A DNA stretch of 64,000 nt, taken from contig JAJXYN010000009.1 in assembly GCA_021780535.1 (NCBI GenBank), forward strand, positions 5,631 to 69,630. Reading direction: 5' to 3'. The notes under the pieces were generated by a model. That model made no database searches, was not told the DNA's origin, and saw nothing but the letters and a program-made list of their open reading frames with translations. The first letter of the stretch is position 1. Every line of letters starts with the position of its first letter. Made by a program: the position numbers and the translations under genes. Shown one piece after another: positions 18,664 to 28,765 of the stretch. The DNA comes from a bacterium. Its GTDB lineage: Bacteria > Patescibacteriota > Patescibacteriia > JAGPKW01.

Positions 18664-20946
18664 TTACCGTTCCATAAATATCTTAACATCACCGATATCT
18701 TTATTTGATTTAAAAATCTTTAAAAGATTCACATATTTTTGATGTATTTCTATAAAATTTATCTTATCCCAATACGCACTTCTAATATAATCATCCTTTA
18801 ATAATAAAAAACATTTGCTAGCCCCTGTTATTTCTTTAGCCTTCTCTAATACGTCTTTACTTGGGGTTTTTATCATACTATTAAATACATCCACTCTTTC
18901 TTTTTGAGAAAATTCCAAGCCTTGTGGAAAGCCACCAGTAACTATTCTGCCACCACTTTCATATTCCATAGCTAAAAGTGGCCACGTATTCCCTATTATA
19001 CAGAATTTTTTATCATTTTTTATTTGTGAAAACAACCATTTTGCAGCTTTAAAATCATTTTCTGTAGCATTTTGCATAATCGGACCAGAAAATAAAGTTG
19101 ATACCGAGAATAAAGAATAAAATAAAACAATGGAAATAATTAAAATATTGTAATATTTAGATGTTGAGAAATTGAGAGATTTTTCTTCTACTTTTTCTAT
19201 CAAAAACAATATTCCATATGCAAAAAATAAAAGCAGTAATATTGATATAAATATTTCTATTCTCTTAGCAAATATTCTTACCCCACTAAAACATAAAAAT
19301 GATATTAAATAACTTAAAAACAATGATAAAAATGAAAATACTACAAATCTATATTTATCTTGTTTTTTATAAAAATATATTATCCCTATTATCACAATTA
19401 ATATAAAAATTATAGAAAAAAGAGGAGCAAAACTCACAATCCAAGGGACATTTAATTTATCAGTATCAAATATTGTTTTGAAATAAATAAAATTTCTAGA
19501 AGATTCATATATATTACTTGAATAATTTGATAAAGAAAATAAATTACTAAAAAATATACCTATTTTTTGAAAAAAATCTAACAAACTTTGCTTTATTAAA
19601 AAACTTTGCGCTGATACTATATCCAATATTAATATTGGCAATGACAATATTGGTATAAATAAAAATTTAAACTTAGTATTAATTTTATTAAATAAAATAT
19701 AAAAACTAACAAATATTATAAAAATAATAAGAAAAACTATATAATTAAAGTATAAAAGTAAAAAACAAAAAGTAAAAAACAAAAGAAAAGATTTTAACGA
19801 GAAATCATTATTTTTTATTTTATTAAAAAATAAAGTTATTATAAACAAAAATAGCAATAAACCAAAACCTCTTGGATCACCTTGGGATCCCTCTATTAAT
19901 AACGGGCTCAACAAAAGAGAACTCAAAGAAAAAAGAAGAATAAGATTTTCTTTATTTGTAAAATTTTTAAATATATTAATAAAAAATATTGGCACAAATA
20001 TTGACCAAAAAATAAAGACAAAATATTTATCTACAAATAAAACATCCTTATTTATAATCCAAGAAATAAAAATATCTGACGCCCATTTATTACCATAACT
20101 TTGCTTATTACCTACTACCAAAACTTCTGGAATAACCAAACCACCAATATTTTTCATTGTTACATTTTCTTTCGTACCAAAAAGTGATGGAGTTATTATA
20201 TTCCCTTGTTGTAAAGACTTTTCTATCCCAGCATGTCTTAATCTATCCCCACCAAAGCCAGATTTATATAAAACAGGGAGAGTTGAGTGGAATATAAAAG
20301 ATGTGAAGATTATTAGAAGAAGTGATAGTGTAAAATATGAGAATGAACGAGAAGGAATGAGAAGGGTTGAATTTTTGCTATTTTCTTCTGATTTAAATTT
20401 AAATATATAAATTAAAACAAAACTTATCAAGGCTACAAACAATAGCCATAATAACGGGAATGTTTTACTGAATTGATATATATTATAATCACCAGAACGT
20501 GCTTGAAAAAGATAGAATAAAATCAAAAGACTAAAACTGAAAAAACCAAAAACCAAAACTGAAAAATTTATATTAAAATATGGAAATATTGAAACATTCA
20601 AAAGCTTTTTTATGTTTGAATATTTTAATGTTTCAGTTTTTATTTTTATGAAAAATAATGGCAGTAATGTTGTTAATATTAGTGAAGTTATAAAAAATAT
20701 CGGGGTTATTTTATATAAGACTATAAATATTGAACCATAAAAACATAATAGATAAAAAGATATAAAAATACCTAACAAATAAGAAAATGTTAAGTTTTTA
20801 AAATACTTGTTTAATAATTCTCTATAAGAGTATCCCGTTATCAATAACCACAAAATTAAAACAATTACACCTATATATGTATTTTTTAAAAAGAATGTAT
20901 TTAGAATTAGCAAAATCAATGAAATTGCATTTAATATTATTATCAT
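18664..20946 (-). CDS. Large polytopic membrane protein (about 16 or more TM helices) with a C-terminal soluble domain; putative glycosyltransferase/polysaccharide polymerase-like
   Basis: 760 aa, very hydrophobic with many predicted TM segments and a 170-aa hydrophilic C-terminus. Lies near polysaccharide genes. No diagnostic motif recognised. Confidence 0.5.
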   Translation of the reverse strand: MIIILNAISLILLILNTFFLKNTYIGVIVLILWLLITGYSYRELLNKYFKNLTFSYLLGIFISFYLLCFYGSIFIVLYKITPIFFITSLILTTLLPLFFIKIKTETLKYSNIKKLLNVSIFPYFNINFSVLVFGFFSFSLLILFYLFQARSGDYNIYQFSKTFPLLWLLFVALISFVLIYIFKFKSEENSKNSTLLIPSRSFSYFTLSLLLIIFTSFIFHSTLPVLYKSGFGGDRLRHAGIEKSLQQGNIITPSLFGTKENVTMKNIGGLVIPEVLVVGNKQSYGNKWASDIFISWIINKDVLFVDKYFVFIFWSIFVPIFFINIFKNFTNKENLILLFSLSSLLLSPLLIEGSQGDPRGFGLLLFLFIITLFFNKIKNNDFSLKSFLLFFTFCFLLLYFNYIVFLIIFIIFVSFYILFNKINTKFKFLFIPILSLPILILDIVSAQSFLIKQSLLDFFQKIGIFFSNLFSLSNYSSNIYESSRNFIYFKTIFDTDKLNVPWIVSFAPLFSIIFILIVIIGIIYFYKKQDKYRFVVFSFLSLFLSYLISFLCFSGVRIFAKRIEIFISILLLLFFAYGILFLIEKVEEKSLNFSTSKYYNILIISIVLFYSLFSVSTLFSGPIMQNATENDFKAAKWLFSQIKNDKKFCIIGNTWPLLAMEYESGGRIVTGGFPQGLEFSQKERVDVFNSMIKTPSKDVLEKAKEITGASKCFLLLKDDYIRSAYWDKINFIEIHQKYVNLLKIFKSNKDIGDVKIFMER

Positions 20947-20993
20947 AAAACTATTTATAACAAAAAAAGAAGGCTTAAGTCAAGCCAATCTTT

Positions 20994-22190
20994 TTATATT
21001 TTTCCTAAAATTAGAAGAAAACCCATTATTAATAGAACAATACCCGCAAACAATCTCATGTACTTTTTATATTTTTCTTGACCTACTGCAAGTTTTTCAC
21101 CATTTTTTATTTTATCTGAAGACATAAAAACAGTTAACACTATAATTGTTGAAGGCACTATAAATGCTAAATTATATATCAATAAAGTTAAAAGTACATT
21201 TATACTATCTTTTGTAGCTGCTATATATGTTAATGGTATTCCAATGGCACAAGGAGAAGCTACTAATGAAGAAAATATTGCTAATATAAACGCACTTAAA
21301 TACGTTCCTCTTCTACCTATTAATTCTATTATAGGTTTAGCAAATTTTGGTATTCTTAATGTTAGCCCTTGACCATAGAAAAAGAAATCTTTTATTTCTA
21401 ACGCTGCAAAAAACAATGCCAACACGCCTATTATTACTTTAAACACGCCAACATAAGGTAATATGACTGACATATTAAATAATAAATTATGCAAACCAAA
21501 CATTACTGAATAGTAAAATATAAATACAGTAGAAACAAATATTAAACCAGATATAATTACTTTTCTTTTTGATCCTATTGATATTAAATGTGTTAATAAA
21601 AATATTAATACCCCAAACATACATGGGTTAATACCATCTACTACACCTAGTATAACACCGAAAACAATTGGACCCACGTCTTTTAACTTAACTCCACCCA
21701 ATATAGACACATCTTCTGTTTTTGTTTGACCATATTTTATAATATTTGGATCTATTTGACCGCTTTTTTCATAATTCAATAAAATTTGATAAGGATCTAT
21801 ATACTCTGTTTGTGCTCCATATTTTTTTATTAATTGTTCTGTTGATTCTAAATTTTCTCCAAAAACATATTCATACCCAACTATAGTCACCGGAACACCA
21901 TTAAAATTTGCATTATATGCTTTTGCAAATCTACCCATTAAATCTTGGTTGTTTTTATCATAATATACTTCGTATTTTTTTAATTCAAAGTTATATTTTT
22001 GAGATAATGTATCTAAATATCCTAATTCTTTCTTACAATGAGGACATGTTTCTCCATGAAATATATAAACAGTTATTAGGTTTCCTTCTTTTGCATTTAC
22101 CACAAATGGATTAAAAAAGGTAAGAAACAAAAAGCAAGAAACAAAAACAACGGAAAAGTAACTTATTATTTTTTTTATATTTATATTCAT
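20994..22190 (-). CDS. Thioredoxin-like domain fused to a CcdA/DsbD-type thiol:disulfide transporter membrane domain
   Basis: N-terminal signal/TM then CPHC (HGETCPHCKKELGYL). The TM domain carries conserved Cys in INPCMFGVL and SPCAIG, typical of CcdA/DsbD. Confidence 0.7.
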   Translation of the reverse strand: MNINIKKIISYFSVVFVSCFLFLTFFNPFVVNAKEGNLITVYIFHGETCPHCKKELGYLDTLSQKYNFELKKYEVYYDKNNQDLMGRFAKAYNANFNGVPVTIVGYEYVFGENLESTEQLIKKYGAQTEYIDPYQILLNYEKSGQIDPNIIKYGQTKTEDVSILGGVKLKDVGPIVFGVILGVVDGINPCMFGVLIFLLTHLISIGSKRKVIISGLIFVSTVFIFYYSVMFGLHNLLFNMSVILPYVGVFKVIIGVLALFFAALEIKDFFFYGQGLTLRIPKFAKPIIELIGRRGTYLSAFILAIFSSLVASPCAIGIPLTYIAATKDSINVLLTLLIYNLAFIVPSTIIVLTVFMSSDKIKNGEKLAVGQEKYKKYMRLFAGIVLLIMGFLLILGKI

Positions 22191-22256
22191 ATTGTTTTTT
22201 TATTTTTATCCATTCAAATATATTAACAATAAAATGTTTATAATTCAATCACATTA

Positions 22257-22538
22257 TTAACAGAAGTCACATATTTCATCTTGTTTTATTTCTTTTCCGT
22301 TAAATATGTCTTTTATTTCTTGCTCTGTTAAAGCTTGCCCTGTTGATTTTATAATTCCATTTATCAAAAGAGCTGGACTAAATACTACTCCTCTTTTTAT
22401 TATTTCTACCAATTCTGTTGTTTTAGAATAACCTATATTAATATTCAATTCTTCTAATACTTTTTTTAGATTACTTTCTAAAATTATACATTTTTTACAA
22501 TTTGTTCCCAATATTTCTATTTTTTGTAGTTCTATCAT
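22257..22538 (-). CDS. Small thioredoxin-family redox-active disulfide protein
   Basis: 93 aa with CxxC (TNCKKC) near the N-terminus and CDFC at the C-terminus. Fits a glutaredoxin/thioredoxin_3-like fold. Confidence 0.65.
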   Translation of the reverse strand: MIELQKIEILGTNCKKCIILESNLKKVLEELNINIGYSKTTELVEIIKRGVVFSPALLINGIIKSTGQALTEQEIKDIFNGKEIKQDEICDFC

Positions 22539-22600
22539 TGTTGCTGTTGTTTATTTATTTATATTTTGTATAATGGATTTATATTGTTAGATATAAAAAT

Positions 22601-23314
22601 ATGAATTTATTATACAAATTTTTTGAAAAGATATTAGGTAAAAGCACTTTATATTATCCTGGTTGTTTTACTAAAAATATATTACCTGGTATAGAAAAAA
22701 ATTATGAAGAAATACTAAATAATCTTGGTGTTAATTTTATAAAACTTAAAGATCTAGAATACTGCTGTGGTAGCCCTGTTTTGCGGGCTGGAATGAAGAA
22801 TGATTTTGAAGAAATTAAAAATAAAAACATAGAAATATTTAAAAATCATAACGTGGGTTTAATAATAACAAATTGCCCAGCTTGTTTCAATATGTTTAAA
22901 TTTGAATATAAATTAAGTGAGCAAGGGATTGAGGTTGAACACATTACTCAAACGATAAATAGAAAAAGTCCAAAATTACAAGTTTTAAATTTAAAAGATA
23001 TTTTCTATCATGATCCGTGCCATCTTGGTAGATTATCAAATATATATGACGAGCCACGTGATATATTACGTAACAATGGCTACAATGTTTGTGAATTTTC
23101 AAAAAACAGAGAAAACTCTTTTTGTTGTGGAGGAGGTGGTGGTTTAGTTAATAACAACCCCGAATTATCTAAAAATATTGCTGAAAAATGTTTATCTGAA
23201 TTACTTAAAGATTCTACAATTACTAGCCCTTGCCCTATGTGTTTTTATCAATTTAAAAACAATTCTGACAGTATTGATGTTAAGGAATTTTCCGAAATTA
23301 TTTTAGATAAATAG
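22601..23314 (+). CDS. Cys-rich CCG-domain protein (HdrB/GlcF C-terminal/LutA-like)
   Basis: Two CCG motifs (YCCGSPV and FCCGGGGG) with surrounding conserved Cys. Confidence 0.7.
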   Translation: MNLLYKFFEKILGKSTLYYPGCFTKNILPGIEKNYEEILNNLGVNFIKLKDLEYCCGSPVLRAGMKNDFEEIKNKNIEIFKNHNVGLIITNCPACFNMFKFEYKLSEQGIEVEHITQTINRKSPKLQVLNLKDIFYHDPCHLGRLSNIYDEPRDILRNNGYNVCEFSKNRENSFCCGGGGGLVNNNPELSKNIAEKCLSELLKDSTITSPCPMCFYQFKNNSDSIDVKEFSEIILDK

Positions 23315-23327
23315 ATTACTTCGATTT

Positions 23328-23708
23328 ATGAATAATAATTCTAATCAAAATTTGAAATGTACTAATTGTGGTTTATGTAGAAATGTCTGCCCTGCTTTTA
23401 GTGTTCTTAAGGATGAATTCGTTTCTCCTAGATCTAAAAATAATTTAATTGATGAATTTATTAAAGGTGAAATTAAAGTTGATGGTAAATATTTCTACGA
23501 TTTCTGTAATGGTTGTCTGGCTTGTAAAACCGCATGCCCTATTGGTATTGGATTTGATGTTATTGAGGCCAGAAGTAAACTTGTTGAAAATGGATTTATT
23601 TCTGATGAAAATAAAACTATGGTAGAAAATATTAAAAATTTTAGAACACCATTTGGGGATAGAGAAGATATTAAAGAAAGTTCTGAAGCTAAACTTTATT
23701 GTTGTTAA
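23328..23708 (+). CDS. 2x[4Fe-4S] ferredoxin-domain protein (HdrC/GlcF N-terminal-like)
   Basis: CTNCGLCRNVCPA and CNGCLACKTACP cluster-binding motifs. Confidence 0.7.
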   Translation: MNNNSNQNLKCTNCGLCRNVCPAFSVLKDEFVSPRSKNNLIDEFIKGEIKVDGKYFYDFCNGCLACKTACPIGIGFDVIEARSKLVENGFISDENKTMVENIKNFRTPFGDREDIKESSEAKLYCC

Positions 23709-23732
23709 AAAATAATTCAATTTTAAAACACT

Positions 23733-24887
23733 GTGATAAAAAAATCTGACAATATCTACAAATATATATATTCTATTGACGCTTCACATTTAGAAGCTCC
23801 TATTTGTGATTCTATTTATTTTCCTGAATCTAAAAATGATATTTTTGATATTTTAAAAATTGCTATCACTGAAAATAAAAAAATTTCTTTACGTGGTGCT
23901 GGAACAAATCTTGTTGGTAATTGTCTTCCTAGTGATAATTCTATAATAATTGATTTTTCTAAATTAAATAAAATTAATTTTGAAAATAATAATTTAATCG
24001 TAGAATCTGGAGTTGTATTAGATGACTTAAATTTATTTTTAGAAAAATATAATTTATTTTTTCCTGTTGTACCTGGTAGTCATTCTAATTGCTTAATTGG
24101 TGGGATGATGGCTACAAATGCTGTTGGTATGAGGGGTTTTAAATATGGGAAAATGATAGATTGGATAAATTCTGCTGAAATTATCTATATTGATGAAAAT
24201 AAAAATATAATTGAAAAAAATATTTCTGGAGATGAATTAAAATATTTTTGTGGCACTGAGGGATTTTCTGGAATTATTCTAAAAGCTAATTTAAAAACTT
24301 CTATTAAACCTAAAAATATTTCTTTAGATTTTTTTAATTTTGATAATGTGAATGATTTGATTAATAAAGTTTATGAAATAAAAAAAAATCAGAAAGTTTC
24401 TGCTATTGAATTTATTGATAAAGAAGTTTCTACTTTTATTAATCTTGAAGAAAAATTTTATTTATTAATTGAATATGAAAATGAAATTGGAAATATAAAA
24501 AATCTTGAAGAAATAAAAAAAATATGGGACTTAAGAGATGCTTGCTACCCAACATGTGCTGCTAATGGTTTTATTTTAATTGAAGATCCTCAAATTGAAA
24601 ATGAAGAAAATTTAATTAAATTAATTAATTGGCTTTGTGAAAATAATATCCCAATTTTCGGGCATATTGGTTTAGGAATTATTCATCCTCATTTTAAAAT
24701 AGATCAAAATACTTTAATAGATGAGATGTATAAATTTGTTAAAGAGCTTGACGGTAAGGTTTCTGGTGAACATGGTATTGGTATTAAAAAAAATAAATTT
24801 TTATCACAAGATGAAAAAAATTATTTTATTGAACTCAAGAAAAAATTTGATCCTTTGTGTTTTTTTAGTGTGAATAATATTATTTAA
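23733..24887 (+). CDS. FAD-linked oxidase (GlcD / D-lactate dehydrogenase family)
   Basis: PCMH-type FAD-binding motif (LRGAGTNLVGNCLP). 384 aa. GTG start as given by the ORF track. Confidence 0.75.
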   Translation: MIKKSDNIYKYIYSIDASHLEAPICDSIYFPESKNDIFDILKIAITENKKISLRGAGTNLVGNCLPSDNSIIIDFSKLNKINFENNNLIVESGVVLDDLNLFLEKYNLFFPVVPGSHSNCLIGGMMATNAVGMRGFKYGKMIDWINSAEIIYIDENKNIIEKNISGDELKYFCGTEGFSGIILKANLKTSIKPKNISLDFFNFDNVNDLINKVYEIKKNQKVSAIEFIDKEVSTFINLEEKFYLLIEYENEIGNIKNLEEIKKIWDLRDACYPTCAANGFILIEDPQIENEENLIKLINWLCENNIPIFGHIGLGIIHPHFKIDQNTLIDEMYKFVKELDGKVSGEHGIGIKKNKFLSQDEKNYFIELKKKFDPLCFFSVNNII

Positions 24888-24940
24888 AATTACTTTATAA
24901 GTATATTTATTTTTTGTATTAACCATTTATTACTATTATA

Positions 24941-26041
24941 CTATCTAAAAATTTTAATTAATTCATCAACCACTTTCTCCCAATTATATTTTTCTTTTAT
25001 TGAATCAATGCAATTTATTTGCATTTTTTTATATTCTTCCTGATTATTAAAATATATTTCTAATATTTTTTCTATTTGTTGTTTTAATGATTCTACACTA
25101 TTTGGTTCACATAAAAATCCTCTATCACCTACTACTGACCTTACTCCTGCTATATTAGATGCTATAACTGGTGTGCCACATGCAAATGATTCTATTAAAA
25201 CCAACCCGAATGCTTCTCCCTTATCTATTGATGGAGCTATTTCACATATAGACTTTTGATATTCTTGTTTTAATTCTTCATCACCACAATTTGAAATAAA
25301 TTCTATTAAAGAATTATTCGAAATATTTTTATAATAATCCAACATTTCTCCATTCCCAATTATTTTTAATTTTACATTATTTATATTATTTATTTTTGAA
25401 AATGCTTTTATAAGATTTTCTAACCCTTTAAAATAATGTTGCTTATCTAATTTTGCTACAAATAATATTTGATTTTGTTTTTCTATATTTTCGTCATAAT
25501 TAAATTTTTCTGTATCTACACCAAACGGTATTTCTATAGATTTATTTTCTTTTGACTGCAAAATATATTTTGTAGCTACTGAATTTTCTCCATAATCTTT
25601 TGTAGAAAAAATTATTTTATCTGATTTTTTTAATATTAATGGTAATATAAATTTATTATGCAATGCAAAAAATATTTTTCTTAATATATCCCCACCAATA
25701 ACATCCATATGATACCTAATAATTATTTTTGCTTTTATTTTTTTTGACAACAACAATTCGGCAAGACCATAAGCTGGATAATGCAAATAAATTATATCAA
25801 AATTCCCTTCACTTATTTTTTTTATTAAATCAAAACAAAGTGCTCCAAAACCTATTTGTAAGTTTGGTTTTAAATATTCTAACTCATAATTTATTTCTAT
25901 CTTTTTACCATAGTCTGGAACAAATACTTTAAATTCTATATTTCTTTTTTTTAATTCGTTTGCTTCAAAATCTAGAACGCGACCCATTCCACCGTGATAT
26001 GGCAATACTCCTGATATTATTGCTATTTTCATATTTACCAT
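24941..26041 (-). CDS. Glycosyltransferase family 4 (GT-B)
   Basis: C-terminal EAFGLVLIESFACGTPVIASNIAGV (the E-x7-E region typical of GT4). Confidence 0.8.
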   Translation of the reverse strand: MVNMKIAIISGVLPYHGGMGRVLDFEANELKKRNIEFKVFVPDYGKKIEINYELEYLKPNLQIGFGALCFDLIKKISEGNFDIIYLHYPAYGLAELLLSKKIKAKIIIRYHMDVIGGDILRKIFFALHNKFILPLILKKSDKIIFSTKDYGENSVATKYILQSKENKSIEIPFGVDTEKFNYDENIEKQNQILFVAKLDKQHYFKGLENLIKAFSKINNINNVKLKIIGNGEMLDYYKNISNNSLIEFISNCGDEELKQEYQKSICEIAPSIDKGEAFGLVLIESFACGTPVIASNIAGVRSVVGDRGFLCEPNSVESLKQQIEKILEIYFNNQEEYKKMQINCIDSIKEKYNWEKVVDELIKIFR

Positions 26042-27135
26042 CTAATTATTAATTTTAAAAATTTATAATATATTTTTAATAATCCATTTGCAAACATGTC
26101 TAACAATGGACTTTTTATACTATCAAATTGTATTATGTCTGCCATTTCTAATATTAGATCTCTGTCTGTTATTTTTCTTATTTTTTGTATTTCTTTTCTA
26201 TATTTTAATATTTTTGGCAATCCTTTAAAAAAATCAAAGTATGATTTCATTTTTAATTTAAACCATTTTGTCATTATAGAATAAATAATCATTCCACCTT
26301 CCATCATTATAAACATTGGCAATATTGCTATTATAGTTCTCCATTTATAAAAAGTTATTATATTCCAAAATCTATTTCTTTCTGTAAAATAAAATTTATA
26401 AGTTCCGGAGCTTGGACCAAATTTATAATCATGATCTACAAGTGGTTCATTTATAAGATTTACTGTATAGCCTAAATACTTCATCTTCAATTGTATTTGA
26501 CTATCTTCATGATACATTTCATATTCTTCTGGGAATAAACCAACCTCTTTTAATACAGAGACTCTAAACATACACCCTGCACCCATTGCATAATTTATAT
26601 TTTCTCCATTTTTGTAGTTTTCTTGCTTATATTCTTTATTAAAATCTCTACAAAATCCTATGCTTAAATAATTTAAAGAAACTCCACTGCTGTTTATTTT
26701 CTCTGTTTCTTTAACCATTATTATAGGTTGAGAACTTGCACATTTTGGATTTTCATCCATAAATTTTTCTATTTTTTCTAATCCTCCTTCTCTCAAAAAT
26801 GCATCTTGATTCAATAAAAATATATACTCACTATTATTAGAAATCGCTTTTTCCATTCCTATATTATTACCTTTTGCAAAATATGTATTTTTACTTGAAA
26901 GATATAAATAAGTATTTTTTAAATGAGTACTAACCCATATATCATTTGGTGTTGAATTTACAATATCATCACAAAGTAGTTTTCTAAATATTTCTGCAGT
27001 TCTATCTGTTGATTTATTTTCTACTATTAAAAGTTCTATATCTTCTCTTGAATCTAAAATTGGTTTTATTTTTTCAAAAAATTCATTAAACCATTTTTCA
27101 AAATTATATGTTACTAATATTATAGAAGTTTTCAT
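26035..27135 (-). CDS. Glycosyltransferase family 2 (GT-A)
   Basis: N-terminal SIILVTYNFEKW...ENKSTDRT GT2 signature. 7-bp overlap with the downstream GT4 gene. Confidence 0.75.
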   Translation of the reverse strand: MKTSIILVTYNFEKWFNEFFEKIKPILDSREDIELLIVENKSTDRTAEIFRKLLCDDIVNSTPNDIWVSTHLKNTYLYLSSKNTYFAKGNNIGMEKAISNNSEYIFLLNQDAFLREGGLEKIEKFMDENPKCASSQPIIMVKETEKINSSGVSLNYLSIGFCRDFNKEYKQENYKNGENINYAMGAGCMFRVSVLKEVGLFPEEYEMYHEDSQIQLKMKYLGYTVNLINEPLVDHDYKFGPSSGTYKFYFTERNRFWNIITFYKWRTIIAILPMFIMMEGGMIIYSIMTKWFKLKMKSYFDFFKGLPKILKYRKEIQKIRKITDRDLILEMADIIQFDSIKSPLLDMFANGLLKIYYKFLKLIIRW

Positions 27136-27182
27136 TTTATTAGATTCAGTATTTATATATAAATATTACCATTTTTCTTATA

Positions 27183-27216
27183 AAAGTAAATAAAAACAGG
27201 GCCCGTTTGGACCCTC
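27183..27216 (-). terminator. Rho-independent terminator for the 27225..28067 gene
   Basis: Minus sense: AGGGUCC-aaac-GGGCCCU, a 7-bp stem with one G-U, then GUUUUUAUUUAC. A second small hairpin CUUUGAG/CUCAAAG overlaps the stop codon. Confidence 0.55.
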
Positions 27217-27224
27217 TTTGAGGT

Positions 27225-28067
27225 TTAACTCTCAAAGTATCTATAAACTAGTGCTTTAGTTCTATGAAGCATATTACTCGCTAGCAGAATGCTTTTTCTC
27301 CTGCTTAGAAAATTGAACTTTGGGTTATATTCTATTATTATAGTTAGTTTACTTTCCCCATATATTCCTTCTTCGAAATTTATTTTCATGATCTGCAACA
27401 GGTGTCTGAATATTTGTATTTCTCTCAGACTCGCCCAATCATAATTTTCATGAACCGAATCAATATTGGTGGTTTTTCTAATAAACTCGTCAATATCAAT
27501 TACTGGCTGAAAATGAATCACTGGAGCAAAATTGCGTCTTAATTCATACACAACATCTTCTGCTTTCACTTGCTCCAACTTTTCATAATCGATCAAATGC
27601 CTTGTGTCTGCAACTAAAATTTGCCTACTTTCACAAGCATCTTTCAATACTTCTAGCGATACAACTGACAAGTTTGGAGAAATTTCGACAAGAGTATTTT
27701 CATACTCATCTTGTACTAAATCAATGAATTCGTGTGATATATGAGTTATTCTTCTTCTTGTGTGATTATCTACAACCATTTGTGCTGCTTTTTCTTTTTT
27801 GAAGAGCAAAAATAATTGCAGAATATCATCAAAAGCCCTACTTGCATCTATTTGCCAAAAATGTTGAAGTTCCGGTCTCCACACATCCTCATAACAAATT
27901 GTATCTTCCTCTAGCCCTGTTATTCCATTTTTCAATGGTAGGGCTTGGAAACCGTCGTATCCAACTCTTTTAGCGTCTTTTCTTGTATCATTAGCAGATC
28001 TCCCAATTTGCATGATGGAAATGTCACTAACGCCATATTCTATGGTTGTTTCCATGTTGCCCTCCAT
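27225..28067 (-). CDS. Hypothetical protein in a GC-elevated island; possibly a xylose-isomerase-like TIM-barrel (sugar phosphate isomerase/epimerase) family member
   Basis: 280 aa, GC about 35-43% against about 25% background. AKRVGYDGFQALPL resembles the (A)KELGFDGVEL start of AP-endonuclease-2/xylose isomerase-like TIM barrels. The second ATG (28055, METT...) has a GGAGGG SD and may be the real start. Family call is low confidence. Confidence 0.5.
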   Translation of the reverse strand: MEGNMETTIEYGVSDISIMQIGRSANDTRKDAKRVGYDGFQALPLKNGITGLEEDTICYEDVWRPELQHFWQIDASRAFDDILQLFLLFKKEKAAQMVVDNHTRRRITHISHEFIDLVQDEYENTLVEISPNLSVVSLEVLKDACESRQILVADTRHLIDYEKLEQVKAEDVVYELRRNFAPVIHFQPVIDIDEFIRKTTNIDSVHENYDWASLREIQIFRHLLQIMKINFEEGIYGESKLTIIIEYNPKFNFLSRRKSILLASNMLHRTKALVYRYFES

Positions 28068-28174
28068 TTGTTTGTAATTTTAAAATAACACATTATTTAT
28101 AAAAAATCAATTATTAAATTGACTTTTATAACTTTTTGTTTTATTATATAAAAAATATTTGAGGAGGTATTTTT

Positions 28175-28762
28175 GTGAAAACTGACATCCTGCTAGTAAT
28201 TTCAAGGTGAGTCTTACCAATTGATATTATTGATAGGCACACGAAAAAAAATTGTACTGCGGCACTTGCCTTTGCAATTCAAAAATATAAATCAGAAAAC
28301 AAGTTCTCATTCTTTACTGTTGGTGGTGTTTTTCAGCCAGACAATATACAAAAAACAGCAATTGCAATTCTTATGAAAAGATTTTTAGAAAGTTGTTGTT
28401 TTGCAACAGCTCGACATTATAAAACTATATTTGAGAACCAATCTCTTGATACATGGCAAAATATTGAAAATTTTAAGAAAATTATTTTGGAAAATAAAAT
28501 TGATGTTGGTAATATATATGTTTTTGCTGATAGCTTTCACTCAATAAGAGTTTCATTGTTATTAAAATATCATGGATTTATAAATATTTTTAAAACACAC
28601 TCTTATATCAAACTTGACCTAAGGGAAAAAATAAAGGAAATCATTCTCATTGTTATGACCTTTATTGATCCTTCTGGCACTAAAAACCCCATTATTAAAC
28701 GGGTACTTGAAAAAGAGAGAAAACTTAGATCTTCTGGCAATACTTATCTTAAATATTCTTAG
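28175..28762 (+). pseudogene. DUF218 (YdcF/SanA/ElyC-like) gene interrupted by a single in-frame TGA 11 codons after a GTG start that has a strong SD
   Basis: GAGGAGG (28161-28167) sits 7 nt upstream of GTG 28175. The frame reads VKTDILLVISR-TGA(28208)-VLPIDIIDRHTKK...FTVGGVF...VFADSFHS... and continues without other stops to 28762. The ORF track only reports the internal-Met fragment 28373..28762. DUF218-like features: ILLV..(G) core and SGG-like TVGG. Confidence 0.5.
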
Positions 28763-28765
28763 GAA

